The translations under genes and the position numbers were made by a program. A stretch of 44,213 nt of DNA from an uncultured Collinsella sp. (GTDB lineage Bacteria > Actinomycetota > Coriobacteriia > Coriobacteriales > Coriobacteriaceae), in the NCBI GenBank assembly GCA_958407085.1, contig CATYHY010000001.1, positions 1-44,213 on the forward strand, written 5' to 3'. Under the pieces are notes generated by a model. That model saw nothing but the letters and a program-made list of their open reading frames with translations. It was not told the origin of the DNA and searched no databases. Of this stretch, positions 7,910-17,593 are shown in pieces. Within the stretch, counting starts at the first letter, position 1, and each line of letters begins with the position of its first letter.

Positions 7910-10045
7910 ATGGGGCGCAATAACAAGCATAAGCGTGGAGCACGCAATAAGCGCGGGCCGGTGCGCAGCGAGCGTCGCCCGAGTCTGACCGGACGCGTGC
8001 AGCTCCATGAGCATAGCGCCTACGTTGTAACCGAAAACGGCGACTACAAGGTCATGGGCCGCGGCAAGCGCGAGATTATGGACGGCGATACCGTTGCCGT
8101 GAGCATTAAGAACAGCCCGCATGGCGAGCGACGCGCCGTAATCGAGGGCGTCGTCGAGCGTGCGGCCATTAGTGTGGTGGGCACGTACCAGACCGCCGGC
8201 CCGCTCGGGGTGATCGAGCCGCTTGATTCTCGCCTTAAGGCCGATTTCTTTATTCTGCCGGAGGACACCTCGGCGGAGCGCTTGGGCGTTCATCCGGGTG
8301 ATGCGGTCGTCGCGCGCATTCTGACATATCCGACGCGCCTGGAATCGGGCACCGTGACGATCGAGCGCCGTATTGGCGGCGATGATGCGCCTGATTTGGG
8401 CGTTCAGTATGTGATGGCGCGCTATGGCTATACCGATACGTATCCCGAGGCCGCGCTAGCCGAGGCCGAGGCACTTTCGCTCGATGTTGCCTCGGCACTC
8501 AAGGACCCGCTCCGCCGAGACCTGCGCGACCGCTTTGTCATTACGATTGACCCAGTCGACGCGCGCGACTTTGACGACGCCATCTCGCTGGAGCGTACGC
8601 CCGAGGGTGGCTACAAGCTGGGTGTCCATATTGCCGACGTTTCGCACTATGTTGCTTGGGACGGACATATCGATCTGGAAGCCCGCCATCGCACGACGTC
8701 GGTGTATCTCGCCGATCGCGTGCTGCCCATGTTGCCCGAGCGCTTGTCGAACGATCTGTGCTCGCTGCGTCCCGACGAGGACCGCCTGGCGTTTACCGTC
8801 GACATTGAGCTCGACGCGCAGGGTCGCGTGCGCCATTACGATCCCTATCCCAGCGTGATTCGCTCGCGCGTGCGCATGGACTACGACGGTGCCGAGGCGC
8901 TGCTGGTGCGTGCCGGTGCGGTGGAGTATTCGGTGCTGGAGGGTGCCGCCGAGGATGTTGCCGCGGTTGAAGCCTCGCGCGAGGAAGCACTCGAGCGCGG
9001 GCTTGCGTGCGAGGAAGCCGCTCGCGGCTATAACGTCGACTTGGGGGATTTCCTCGTAGCTGCCAACGAGCTCGCCGAGCTTCGCCGTCGTATTCGTCGC
9101 GCACGCGGTTCGGTCGACTTTGACACGGCCGAGATCCGTGCGCTGCTGGACGAGAACGGCGTGCCCGTGCAGATCGTGGCACGCGAGCGCTCCTGCGCCA
9201 CGTCGCTGATTGAGGAAGCCATGCTGCTGGCCAACGAGTGCGTGGCGGAGTGGCTGGCCGACCGCGATATCGAGGCCTGCTATCGCGTGCACGATGACCC
9301 CAGCCCCGACAGCCTGCATGGTGCCGCCGTGGCGCTGGCGCAGCTGGGTATCATCGATGACCGCCGTGCGGCCGGCATTGCTCTGGGAAGCCCCGATGAG
9401 CTGCAGGCGGCGGTTGATGCCGCAGCCGGTACGGCTAACGCGCCGCTCGTCAACACGTTGCTGCTGCGCAGTATGCAGCGCGCACTGTATAAGCCGCGCA
9501 ACGAGGGCCACTTTGCACTTGCCGCGCCGTGCTATTGCCACTTTACGAGTCCCATTCGCCGCTATCCCGATCTGGTGGTGCATCGCGTACTCAAGCTGCA
9601 GCTGGCCTACGAGCAGCTGGGCGGCAAGGACGCCTTGGTGCGTACGCCGCGGCTGATCGGTAAGGGTCGCGAGTCCCTGCCGCGCATCCTGCCGCAAATC
9701 TGCCGCGCGTGCAGCGATGCCGAGCGTGCGGCCGACGCCGCCAGCCATGCGACGCAAAAGATCAAGATCGCCCAGTACTACGAGGACCGCCTGGGCGAGC
9801 GCTACGCCGGAACGATCTCGTGGGTCAGCAGCATGGGCCTCTTTGTGCGCCTGGATCTGACACAGGTTGAGGGTTTGGTTTCAATCAAGAGTCTGGGCAA
9901 CGAGTGGTTCGAGTTTGATGAGGACGCGCTCACGCTCACGGGCGCCGACACGGGGACTCGCTATGAGCTGGGGCAGCGTGTGATCATCGAGGTCTCGCGC
10001 GTCAACACCACGCGCGGGCACTTGGATTTCAGGCTTATTCATTAG
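7910..10045 (+). CDS. rnr: Ribonuclease R (RNase II/R family)
   Basis: TIDPVDARDFDDAIS catalytic motif, VHIADVS, LIEEAMLLANE, HFTSPIRRYPDL, C-terminal S1 domain. Confidence 0.93.
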   Translation: MGRNNKHKRGARNKRGPVRSERRPSLTGRVQLHEHSAYVVTENGDYKVMGRGKREIMDGDTVAVSIKNSPHGERRAVIEGVVERAAISVVGTYQTAGPLGVIEPLDSRLKADFFILPEDTSAERLGVHPGDAVVARILTYPTRLESGTVTIERRIGGDDAPDLGVQYVMARYGYTDTYPEAALAEAEALSLDVASALKDPLRRDLRDRFVITIDPVDARDFDDAISLERTPEGGYKLGVHIADVSHYVAWDGHIDLEARHRTTSVYLADRVLPMLPERLSNDLCSLRPDEDRLAFTVDIELDAQGRVRHYDPYPSVIRSRVRMDYDGAEALLVRAGAVEYSVLEGAAEDVAAVEASREEALERGLACEEAARGYNVDLGDFLVAANELAELRRRIRRARGSVDFDTAEIRALLDENGVPVQIVARERSCATSLIEEAMLLANECVAEWLADRDIEACYRVHDDPSPDSLHGAAVALAQLGIIDDRRAAGIALGSPDELQAAVDAAAGTANAPLVNTLLLRSMQRALYKPRNEGHFALAAPCYCHFTSPIRRYPDLVVHRVLKLQLAYEQLGGKDALVRTPRLIGKGRESLPRILPQICRACSDAERAADAASHATQKIKIAQYYEDRLGERYAGTISWVSSMGLFVRLDLTQVEGLVSIKSLGNEWFEFDEDALTLTGADTGTRYELGQRVIIEVSRVNTTRGHLDFRLIH

Positions 10046-10072
10046 CCGGAATTTGGTGATTGATAGAGAACG

Positions 10073-10100
10073 GGGCGGTCTTTTGGGGGCCGCCTTTTTT
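10073..10100 (+). terminator. rnr terminator
   Basis: GGGCGGTC-ttttggg-GGCCGCC followed by T6. Confidence 0.7.
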
Positions 10101-10162
10101 GTGGCGGTTCAATCGCCTTGCCGCTCGCGCGCTCGCGTCATCCGCCTGCTATAGGGGAGATA

Positions 10163-10200
10163 AAACCTACCAAAATAAACCTGTTCCTTTTGGCAGGTTT
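10163..10200. promoter_or_regulatory. AT-rich inverted repeat upstream of recombinase (candidate res/operator site)
   Basis: AAACCTACCAAAA...TTTTGGCAGGTTT (12/13 match) ending 20 bp before the ATG. Confidence 0.5.
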
Positions 10201-10219
10201 ACGAGAGAGCGGGGATGAG

Positions 10220-10825
10220 ATGACAACGGTGTACGGGTATGCGCGAGTGAGCTCGCGTGATCAAAATCTGAATCGGCAGCTGGATGCGCTGGGCGCCTAT
10301 GGCGTGGAGCCGGCGAATATCTTTGCCGATCGTGCGAGCGGCAAAGACTTCGATCGACCGCGGTATCGCGAGCTGCTGTGCGCGTTGGATTCCGGTGATG
10401 TGCTGGTGGTACTTTCCATTGATCGGCTGGGCCGTAACTACAGCGAGATCCTCGAGGAATGGCGGTGCATAACCAAAGAGCTCGGCGCCGCCATCGTGGT
10501 GCTGGACATGCCATTGCTCGACACGCGCGCCAGAGACTGTGGCGGGTCGGACGTGACGAGTGCGTTGATTGCCGATATTGTTTTGCAGCTGCTGAGCTAT
10601 GTGGCGCAGGTGGAGCGCGAGAACATTCACCGACGCCAAGCCGAGGGCATTGCGGCGGCGCGAGCGCGCGGCGTGCGCTTTGGCCGGCCCCGCAAGCCCT
10701 GTCCTCCGCAATTCGAGTTGGTGCGCGATACCTACGAGGCGGGTGATATCACGCGGAGTCAGGCGGCAAAGCGGCTAGGCGTGTGCGTGGGGACGTTCGA
10801 TCGCTGGATGCGAGAGATGGAGTAG
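10220..10825 (+). CDS. Small serine recombinase (resolvase/invertase family)
   Basis: YGYARVSSRDQNLNRQ (catalytic Ser), SGKDFDRP, SIDRLGRN, ERENIHRRQAEGIAAARARGVRFGRP, C-terminal HTH. Confidence 0.93.
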   Translation: MTTVYGYARVSSRDQNLNRQLDALGAYGVEPANIFADRASGKDFDRPRYRELLCALDSGDVLVVLSIDRLGRNYSEILEEWRCITKELGAAIVVLDMPLLDTRARDCGGSDVTSALIADIVLQLLSYVAQVERENIHRRQAEGIAAARARGVRFGRPRKPCPPQFELVRDTYEAGDITRSQAAKRLGVCVGTFDRWMREME

Positions 10826-10936
10826 GGGCGCCACGGTCCTTTGGCGCCCCGATTCGAACATTTTGGATTTCGCTACGGCGACAACTGCATTTGGGGGTAC
10901 ACTCGCTGCTGCTCAAAAAATGACGGAGGTTAGCCC

Positions 10937-11515
10937 TTGGCGCGTGTGAAGCACATAGTCGGGTGGATTTCGGTTGTCCTGCTGGTCGTGACGCTGGCAA
11001 GTATCTGGATGCTGACGGAGCAAAACGTGGAGCAGACGTCATCGCTCAGCGAGTCCACTGCGCGCGCGGTGGAAGGGCAAAGCGTCAGCGTGCAGCCCGA
11101 GACTGCGGGGGAGACCCAGGCGGGAGATGCCGCCGGGGACGCGGACTCAACGACTGGCGCCATTCATCCCGACCCGCTTGCGCCCGTTCGTCTGTGGATG
11201 GGTGCCAACATTCGTCGCGTCGCACATACCGTTGAGTTCTTCTTTGTAGGACTGTTTGCTTCGTCGGCGGCGGCGTGCCTGGGCGAGTGCCTGCCGTGCG
11301 CGCGATTCCGGTACGTACTCGCTCTGCTCTTTTGCGCCGTCTGCTCTGTCGGTGACCAAGTGCACAAGATCTTTGTTCCTGGTCGTCATTTCGACATGAT
11401 CGACCTGGGCTTCGATGCCGCGGGTTACGTTGTCGCCATGCTGTTGGTGCTGTTGGCCGCCGCGCTGGTTCAGTGCGCGACCTGTCCCATTGGCGCCCAT
11501 GCGAAACGCCGTTAA
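10937..11515 (+). CDS. VanZ family membrane protein
   Basis: IRRVAHTVEFFFVG and DQVHKIFVPGRHFDMIDLGFDAAG match the VanZ-like pattern; start codon uncertain. Confidence 0.8.
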   Translation: MARVKHIVGWISVVLLVVTLASIWMLTEQNVEQTSSLSESTARAVEGQSVSVQPETAGETQAGDAAGDADSTTGAIHPDPLAPVRLWMGANIRRVAHTVEFFFVGLFASSAAACLGECLPCARFRYVLALLFCAVCSVGDQVHKIFVPGRHFDMIDLGFDAAGYVVAMLLVLLAAALVQCATCPIGAHAKRR

Positions 11516-11589
11516 CAACCCTGTTACAAATAATGCGACCTCGATGAATCATTTTGTGTCGCGCGTATTTCCGAGCGGTCGGATTTGAG

Positions 11590-11616
11590 GGGCGAGCGGT
11601 AGAACGCTCGCCCTTT
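11590..11616 (+). terminator. Hairpin/terminator after vanZ-like gene
   Basis: GGGCGAGCG-gtagaa-CGCTCGCCC-TTT. Confidence 0.55.
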
Positions 11617-11712
11617 GTGCGCCACGATGCGGCACAATGTACCGTAAAAGCTGTTTATATCCGGTACGAATCATTCTTTGGTCTTTAATTCTTCTCAACG
11701 GAGGTGTTTGAG

Positions 11713-12564
11713 ATGACAAACGGATTGCTTTTAAGGCTTCGCGAGCGTGAGCTCAGCGCGAGTCCAGCGGAACGCAATGTCATCGCATACGTGAGTGCTC
11801 ATCCGCATGAGGTGGTCGGGCTGTCCGTCCGCGGTCTTGCCGATGCCACGTTCTCCTCGCCCTCGAGCATTTTGCGTTTTTGCAAGCGCTTGGGTTTTGC
11901 GGGCTACAAGGAGTTCCAGCGCGAACTGATTGCCGAACTGGCGCTCTTGGGTGACAAGAAAGACGTTGCCCTCGAGGACATCTCCATGGACGACAGCGTC
12001 GAACGTATCGTGGGGAAGGTGATGAAGAGCAACGTGCGCACAATCGAGGCGACGGCGCGAACGCTCGATTACACCGTCTTGGAGCGATGCGCGGCCCATC
12101 TTAAGCGGGCACGCGCGGTCAATCTGTTCGGTATTGGTGCCTCTCGTTTGGTTGCGCACGATCTGGCGCAAAAGCTCATGCGTGTTGACAAAGAGTGCCA
12201 TCTGTACGACGACTGGCATGATCAGCTCCTGTGTGCCAAGAACATGCATGAGGGCGATATGGCAATCGCCTTTAGCTACTCGGGCTTAACGCAAGAAGTG
12301 CTGGACTGCACCGTCGAGGCTCAACGTCACAACTGTCCCGTTGTGGCCGTGACCAAGGTAGACGGATCGTCCAAGCTTGCCACCATGGCCGATGCCGTGC
12401 TCGGCGTTGCTGCAAGCGAGCCCTTGGTCCGCAGCGGTGCCATGGCCTCGCGTATGGCCCAGCTTATGGTTGTCGATGCCCTGTACGCTGCTTACGTTGC
12501 CAGCGACTACGAGCGGGCGACGCATGTCATTAAGCAAAACTACATCGAGAAACAGGAAAGATGA
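11713..12564 (+). CDS. murR: RpiR/MurR family transcriptional regulator
   Basis: SPSSILRFCKRLGFAGYKEF HTH; SIS domain (GIGASRLVA, FSYSGLT); SD GGAGG favours ATG 11713; upstream of murQ. Confidence 0.88.
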   Translation: MTNGLLLRLRERELSASPAERNVIAYVSAHPHEVVGLSVRGLADATFSSPSSILRFCKRLGFAGYKEFQRELIAELALLGDKKDVALEDISMDDSVERIVGKVMKSNVRTIEATARTLDYTVLERCAAHLKRARAVNLFGIGASRLVAHDLAQKLMRVDKECHLYDDWHDQLLCAKNMHEGDMAIAFSYSGLTQEVLDCTVEAQRHNCPVVAVTKVDGSSKLATMADAVLGVAASEPLVRSGAMASRMAQLMVVDALYAAYVASDYERATHVIKQNYIEKQER

Positions 12565-12574
12565 GGTGAATGAA

Positions 12575-13498
12575 ATGCTCGATTTAACAAAATTCACGAC
12601 TGAACAGCGTAATCAAAGGTCAATGGACCTCGATACGATGACATCGCTGCAAATCGTCACGACGATGAACGATGAGGATCTTCGTGCCGTCCAGTCGGTC
12701 ACGAAAGTGTTGCCCCAGGTTGCCACAGCAATCGACTGGGCTGCTGAGGCACTCGAGCGCGGCGGGCGCGTCTTTTACATGGGTGCAGGCACCAGTGGTC
12801 GTCTGGGCGTGCTCGACGCTTCGGAGTGCCCGCCCACGTTTGGTGTGTCACCCGATCTGATTGTCGGGCTCATTGCCGGAGGCGAGACGGCGTTTATCAA
12901 GGCTGTCGAAGGTGCCGAAGACAGCGAGGAGCTTGGCGCGAGCGACCTGCGGGAGCGTGGACTTTCGGACAAGGATCTTGTCGTTGGCCTGGCAGCAAGC
13001 GGTCGTACTCCCTATGTGGTGGGCGGCCTTGTGTACGCCAAGGCAACTGGGTGCAAGACCATCGCAATTGCCTGTAACCAAGGGTCGAAGATCGGGGAGA
13101 GTGCGGATCTTGCCATTGAGCCCGTGCCCGGTCCCGAGGTGCTGACCGGCTCAACGAGGCTCAAGGCGGGAACGGTCCAAAAGCTCATTCTCAACATGAT
13201 TTCGACCGGTGCCATGGTCAAGATCGGCAAGGTGTACCAAAACCTGATGGTCGATGTGCAGCAGACGAACGAGAAGTTGGTGGTGCGCGGCCAGAACATC
13301 GTGATGGAGACGACCGGCTGCACGCGCGAGCGCGCTGTTCAGGCGCTTGCAGATGCCGGCGGCCACGTAAAGACCGCTATTGTCTCGGTGCTGCTGGACT
13401 GCGATGTCGAGCAGGCTGCGGTAGCTCTTGAACGGGCGCACGGCCATGTCCGTACTGCGGTGAGTGGCCATGAGAAGAGCAATGCCGATGTCCAATAG
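12575..13498 (+). CDS. murQ: N-acetylmuramic acid 6-phosphate etherase
   Basis: TEQRN, GAGTSGRLGVLDASECPPTFG, AVEGAED, GSTRLKAGTVQKLILNMIST, NLMVDV. Confidence 0.97.
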   Translation: MLDLTKFTTEQRNQRSMDLDTMTSLQIVTTMNDEDLRAVQSVTKVLPQVATAIDWAAEALERGGRVFYMGAGTSGRLGVLDASECPPTFGVSPDLIVGLIAGGETAFIKAVEGAEDSEELGASDLRERGLSDKDLVVGLAASGRTPYVVGGLVYAKATGCKTIAIACNQGSKIGESADLAIEPVPGPEVLTGSTRLKAGTVQKLILNMISTGAMVKIGKVYQNLMVDVQQTNEKLVVRGQNIVMETTGCTRERAVQALADAGGHVKTAIVSVLLDCDVEQAAVALERAHGHVRTAVSGHEKSNADVQ

Positions 13499-13555
13499 GT
13501 GCACGGCGTGAGCTGATATGACATCCAGACGAGATACCCAATACAAGGAGGAGTT

Positions 13556-14986
13556 ATGACGAACAAAGAGCTGGCTCAAAAGCTGCTGGACCTTTTGGGC
13601 GGTAAAGACAACGTGCTCGCAAACGCGGCGTGCATGACGCGCCTGCGCGTGACCGTCAAAAACACGGGCAACGTCGACACGGAGGGTATTAAGGCGCTCG
13701 ACGGCGTGATGGGCCTGGTCGAGGACGATACGATGCAGATCGTGCTGGGTCCGGGCAAGGTGAATAAGGTGCTCGAGGAGTTCTCCAAGCTCACCGGCCT
13801 TGCGAAAGGCGTTGCTGACGAGAGCGTGGTTGACGCTGCGGCCACAAACAAGGCCGCACAGAAGGCCAAGTACGAGTCTAAGCCGGTTCAGGCCTTCCTC
13901 AAGAAGATTTCCAATGTCTTTGTCGCCCTGCTTCCCGGCATCATTGCGGCTGGCCTCATCAACGGTATCTGCAACGTCATTAACGTCTCGACGGCAGGCG
14001 CGCTTGCAGGCGAGTGGTGGTACCAGGGCATTCGTTCCATGGGCTGGGCCTTGTTTGCCTATCTGCCCATCTTGGTGGGCTATAACGCGGCACGTGAGTT
14101 TGGCGGCTCCGCTGCGCTGGGCGGCATCGCCGGCATGATGTGTATCGCCAACAGTGCCATGCCCCTGCTTGCGCCTGGCGCGGCTGATCCTGCCACTGCC
14201 ATTCTGCTGCCCCTCACCAGTGCGCAGTACAACCCCGCAGCGGGCGGCATGATCGCGGCTCTCATCGCTGGCGCATTTTTTGCCTGGATGGAGCGTCAGA
14301 TTCGCAAGGTTATGCCCAACGCGCTCGATACGTTCCTGTCCCCGCTGCTGGTGCTCATCATCGGCGCCTTTGCTCTGATGCTCGTCATCCAGCCGGTTGG
14401 CGCATGGCTGACGACTGCTATCTTTAGCGTCCTCACCTTTATCTTCGAGAAGCTGGGCGTCCTGGGCGGCTATATCCTGTCGGCAGGCTTCTTGCCGCTG
14501 GTGTCCGTCGGCCTGCATCAGGCGCTCACGCCGATCCACGCTATGCTCAACGATCCCGACGGCGCTACCAAGGGCATCAACTACCTGCTGCCCATCCTTA
14601 TGATGGCTGGCGGCGGCCAGGTCGGTGCCGGTCTGGCGCTGTACTTTAAGACCAAGAACGCCAAGCTCAAGAAGTACGTCGCCGAGTCCATCCCCGTTGG
14701 CATCCTGGGCGTGGGCGAGTCTCTGATGTACGCCGTTACGCTGCCGCTCGTTCGTCCGTTTGTGACGGCCTGCCTGGGTGCCGGATTTGGCGGCGCGCTT
14801 GCAGCACTGCTTCACATCGGCACGGTTTCCCAGGGTGTTTCCGGTCTGTTTGGCCTGTTGATCGTCGTTCCTGGTCAGCAGCTCGGCTACGTTGCCGCTA
14901 TGCTGCTTGCTTATGCCGCCGGCTTTGTCCTGACGTGGTTCTTTGGCGTCGACGAGCAGAGGATCAACGAGTTCTTTGGCGAGTAG
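13556..14986 (+). CDS. murP: PTS EIIBC component, MurNAc (MurP/sucrose-type)
   Basis: EIIB GGKDN...CMTRLR, QIVLGPG; GLHQALTPIH, AGGGQVGA; context murQ/mupG. Confidence 0.88.
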   Translation: MTNKELAQKLLDLLGGKDNVLANAACMTRLRVTVKNTGNVDTEGIKALDGVMGLVEDDTMQIVLGPGKVNKVLEEFSKLTGLAKGVADESVVDAAATNKAAQKAKYESKPVQAFLKKISNVFVALLPGIIAAGLINGICNVINVSTAGALAGEWWYQGIRSMGWALFAYLPILVGYNAAREFGGSAALGGIAGMMCIANSAMPLLAPGAADPATAILLPLTSAQYNPAAGGMIAALIAGAFFAWMERQIRKVMPNALDTFLSPLLVLIIGAFALMLVIQPVGAWLTTAIFSVLTFIFEKLGVLGGYILSAGFLPLVSVGLHQALTPIHAMLNDPDGATKGINYLLPILMMAGGGQVGAGLALYFKTKNAKLKKYVAESIPVGILGVGESLMYAVTLPLVRPFVTACLGAGFGGALAALLHIGTVSQGVSGLFGLLIVVPGQQLGYVAAMLLAYAAGFVLTWFFGVDEQRINEFFGE

Positions 14987-15053
14987 TTTGATATCGCGAG
15001 CCGTGTTGCTCAGGGCTCGCGGCGCGCGGAAGATTTCTTGATGCTATGGTTGT

Positions 15054-15087
15054 GCCGGCGGGGCTAACTGCTCCGCCGGCCTTTTTT
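15054..15087 (+). terminator. Intra-operon terminator-like hairpin before mupG
   Basis: GCCGGCGGGG...CTCCGCCGGC followed by T6, immediately before SD AAGGAG. Confidence 0.6.
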
Positions 15088-15103
15088 AAAGGAGCGTTGA
15101 AGC

Positions 15104-16156
15104 GTGAAAACGGGTATTTCGATTTATCTTTCTAGCCCTCTGCAGGATATTGAACGGACGATTGAGCGTGGCGCCGCGGCGGGTGCGCGCTATGCGTTTA
15201 CCTCGCTGCATATTCCCGAGGATGGGGGAGCGGCGTATGCCGATAAGGTCCGTCACGTGCTGTCGCTGCTTTCCGCCCGCGGCATTGCGCTCATTGCCGA
15301 TGTGGGGCCGCGCACGTGCGATTTGCTCGGGCTTGAGCGTATCGAAGATCTGCGCGATCTGGGGCTGGAATACCTTCGTTTGGACTATGGCTTTAGCGCC
15401 CAGCGGGTCGCGGAGCTGTCCGGTGAATTTCGCATTGTGGTCAATGCATCGACGGTGAGTTCTGATGAAATCGCATCGTGGCGAGAAGCCGGTGCCGATG
15501 TGACTCGTTTTGCCGCCTGCCACAATTTTTATCCCAAGCCTTATACCGGTTTAGCTCTGGAGGACATTGCTCGGACGAATCTTCGTCTTGCGGCGCTTGG
15601 CTTCGAAATCATGGCTTTTGTGCCAGGTGACGCCAACGTTCGCGGGCCGGTATTCGAGGGACTGCCGACGGTTGAGGCGCAGCGCGGTCGCGCGTCGAAG
15701 GTTGCCCTCAACATGCTTGAGCTCGCACACGGCGCCGATTGCGACATCGTTTTGGTTGGCGACCCCGATCTTTCCGATGCGGGCTGGGCGCAGTTTGCTC
15801 AAGTTTCTGCCGGATACGTGGATTTGCAATGCGAGCTTGAGTCCGGCTATGCCTATGTACGTGGGCAGATTCATCACGACCGGCCCGATTCGAGCGCCCT
15901 CATCTTTAGGTCTCAGGAGTCGCGCACGACGCTTAAGCCGGATTCCGTGCCGACGGATACCGGTGCCGGCCTGCCGCGAAAGGCGGGGTCGATCGCTGTG
16001 AGCAATAGCGGCTATGGGCGCTACGAAGGCGAGCTTGAGATTGCGCGGGTCGATCTTCCCGGTGACGAGCGCATGAACGTTGCGGGCCATATCACGCCCG
16101 AGGCAATGGAGCTGTTGCCGTTCATCAAACGCGGATTCGGGGTACGGTTCGTTTAG
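15104..16156 (+). CDS. mupG: MupG/DUF871 family 6-phospho-N-acetylmuramidase
   Basis: GISIY, FTSLHIPE, LRLDYGF, NAST, ACHNFYPKPYTGL, GLPTVE, YGRYEGELEI. Confidence 0.88.
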   Translation: MKTGISIYLSSPLQDIERTIERGAAAGARYAFTSLHIPEDGGAAYADKVRHVLSLLSARGIALIADVGPRTCDLLGLERIEDLRDLGLEYLRLDYGFSAQRVAELSGEFRIVVNASTVSSDEIASWREAGADVTRFAACHNFYPKPYTGLALEDIARTNLRLAALGFEIMAFVPGDANVRGPVFEGLPTVEAQRGRASKVALNMLELAHGADCDIVLVGDPDLSDAGWAQFAQVSAGYVDLQCELESGYAYVRGQIHHDRPDSSALIFRSQESRTTLKPDSVPTDTGAGLPRKAGSIAVSNSGYGRYEGELEIARVDLPGDERMNVAGHITPEAMELLPFIKRGFGVRFV

Positions 16157-16248
16157 CGTGTGACCCGTGGGCTACAATTGCCTCATCATGCGAAGGCGCC
16201 TCGTATGGTGTGTACCTGCGTTGGCCGATCTACATTCGGAGGATTCCC

Positions 16249-16608
16249 ATGACCGTATTGTTTGTTGAATATCCCAAGTGCTCGACCTGTAAAAAGGCCA
16301 AGGCATGGCTGGACGAACATGGGGTTGAGTATATCGACCGCGATATCGTTACGGACAATCCCACGGCCGATGAACTTGCGACCTGGATTGCTCGTTCGGG
16401 GCTGCCGGTGCGACGCTTCTTTAACTCGTCGGGCATGAAATATCGAGAGCTGGGCCTGAAGGCGCGCCTGGATGCGGGTATGACGGACCAGGAATGCTGC
16501 GAGCTGCTGGCGACCGACGGCATGCTTGTTAAGCGTCCGCTACTGGTGGGCGACGACTTTGCGATCCCCGGCTTTAGGGAAGCGGCTTGGACCGAGGCGT
16601 TGCTGTAG
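16249..16608 (+). CDS. ArsC/Spx family protein
   Basis: YPKCSTCKKA, FFNSSGMKYRELGLK, GMLVKRP; SD GGAGG. Confidence 0.9.
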   Translation: MTVLFVEYPKCSTCKKAKAWLDEHGVEYIDRDIVTDNPTADELATWIARSGLPVRRFFNSSGMKYRELGLKARLDAGMTDQECCELLATDGMLVKRPLLVGDDFAIPGFREAAWTEALL

Positions 16609-16614
16609 CGGCTG

Positions 16615-16786
16615 CGGAAAGTGCGTCCCGTTTTGAGCGCTGATTCCGGGATGCGCTTTCCGGTTGAGAGCTCTATCGGAAATGACATCCCGTTTCGAGC
16701 GCTGATTGTGGGACACGGTTTCCGGTTGAGGGCTCGACGGGAAACTGCGCCCCGGAATTCGCTTCCAGAATGGGATGTACTTTCCC
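16615..16786. repeat. Family C palindromic array: 3 units, 62-bp period
   Basis: Units at 16615, 16677 and 16739: 16-bp arm (CGGAAA..CCCG), 16-nt loop, inverted arm (GGGA..TTTCCG), 14-nt linker GTTGAG(A/G)GCTC. Confidence 0.88.
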
Positions 16787-16815
16787 AAAGTGGCCGGCTG
16801 CGGGCCTGCCCTCGG

Positions 16816-17226
16816 TCAGTCCTCCAGCTGCGCCCATTCGTGTGGGTCGTAGATCTTTACGCGCTTGTCGGGCGTGTCGCTCCAGTACTCTTCGTCCATA
16901 AAGGGCAGGTATGCCTGAATGCCGGGGCAGATAAACGGAATCCGTTGCCGCTGCAGGCGCTCGCGCTGTCGCCGCTCCAGGTTCGTTTCGGATATGACGG
17001 TCGGCATGCCGGACAGCTCGACGAGGCTTGCCTGGATGCGCTTGAGGTCGGGGAGCGCCGCATGCCATGACGTCCGCATGATCAAAAATGAGGTGCGGCG
17101 GTAGTTTGCCTGCATCACCGTGATGGCGGGGCGCAGTGTGGGATGGATTTTGTCCCGTTCGGGCCAAAGGTCAGCAGTAATCTCGAGGCCCAGGGTCTCC
17201 CATAGGTAATCAAGCTCTTCGTCCAT
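16816..17226 (-). CDS. Hypothetical protein resembling the N-terminal half of MarR-like/type IV TA antitoxin-type regulators; possibly truncated
   Basis: QRERLQRQRIPFICPGIQAYLPFM recalls the RxxLIxxxIPFIVPGxQxYLPFLG motif of that family, where an HTH normally follows; SD GAGG. Confidence 0.6.
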   Translation of the reverse strand: MDEELDYLWETLGLEITADLWPERDKIHPTLRPAITVMQANYRRTSFLIMRTSWHAALPDLKRIQASLVELSGMPTVISETNLERRQRERLQRQRIPFICPGIQAYLPFMDEEYWSDTPDKRVKIYDPHEWAQLED

Positions 17227-17429
17227 GGTGCCTCGATATCTACGCGATCATTGATACTTCGATTGTGTTGCCTGGCGCTATCGTTTTCGCAGTAGAATCT
17301 GCCAACGGTTGACGGCTACCGCTCGCGGCGTTTTGCCCTTCGTGTACAGCGGTCGGCTTCACAGGTCCTTCACGTGTTGGACGAAATTAGGCCAATTTGG
17401 CCGAATTTCAAAAAAGTCAAAATTGGGGC

Positions 17430-17458
17430 TTGCGTCATGGCGGGACTTCCCGTATATT
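17430..17458 (+). promoter_or_regulatory. Sigma-70 promoter of tRNA pair
   Basis: TTGCGT-17 bp-TATATT with upstream A-tracts. Confidence 0.65.
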
Positions 17459-17502
17459 TCTTTCTTGCGCAAAGGCACAGCCGAGCGCAGCAATGCAGTC
17501 AT

Positions 17503-17576
17503 TGGGATGTCGTCTAATGGCAGGACAGCGGATTCTGGTTCCGTCAATGGGGGTTCGACTCCCTCCATCCCAGCCA
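17503..17576 (+). tRNA. tRNA-Gln(CTG)
   Basis: Acceptor TGGGATG/CATCCCA, anticodon arm GCGGA-ttCTGgt-TCCGT, GGTTCGACT T-loop, encoded CCA. Confidence 0.97.
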
Positions 17577-17593
17577 TTGCATTTGCTACATAT

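Noticed and set aside
16621..17167. ORFs 16621-17070 and 16673-17167 crossing the family C array
   Set aside because: They read through repeat DNA and overlap the better-supported 16816-17226 ORF.
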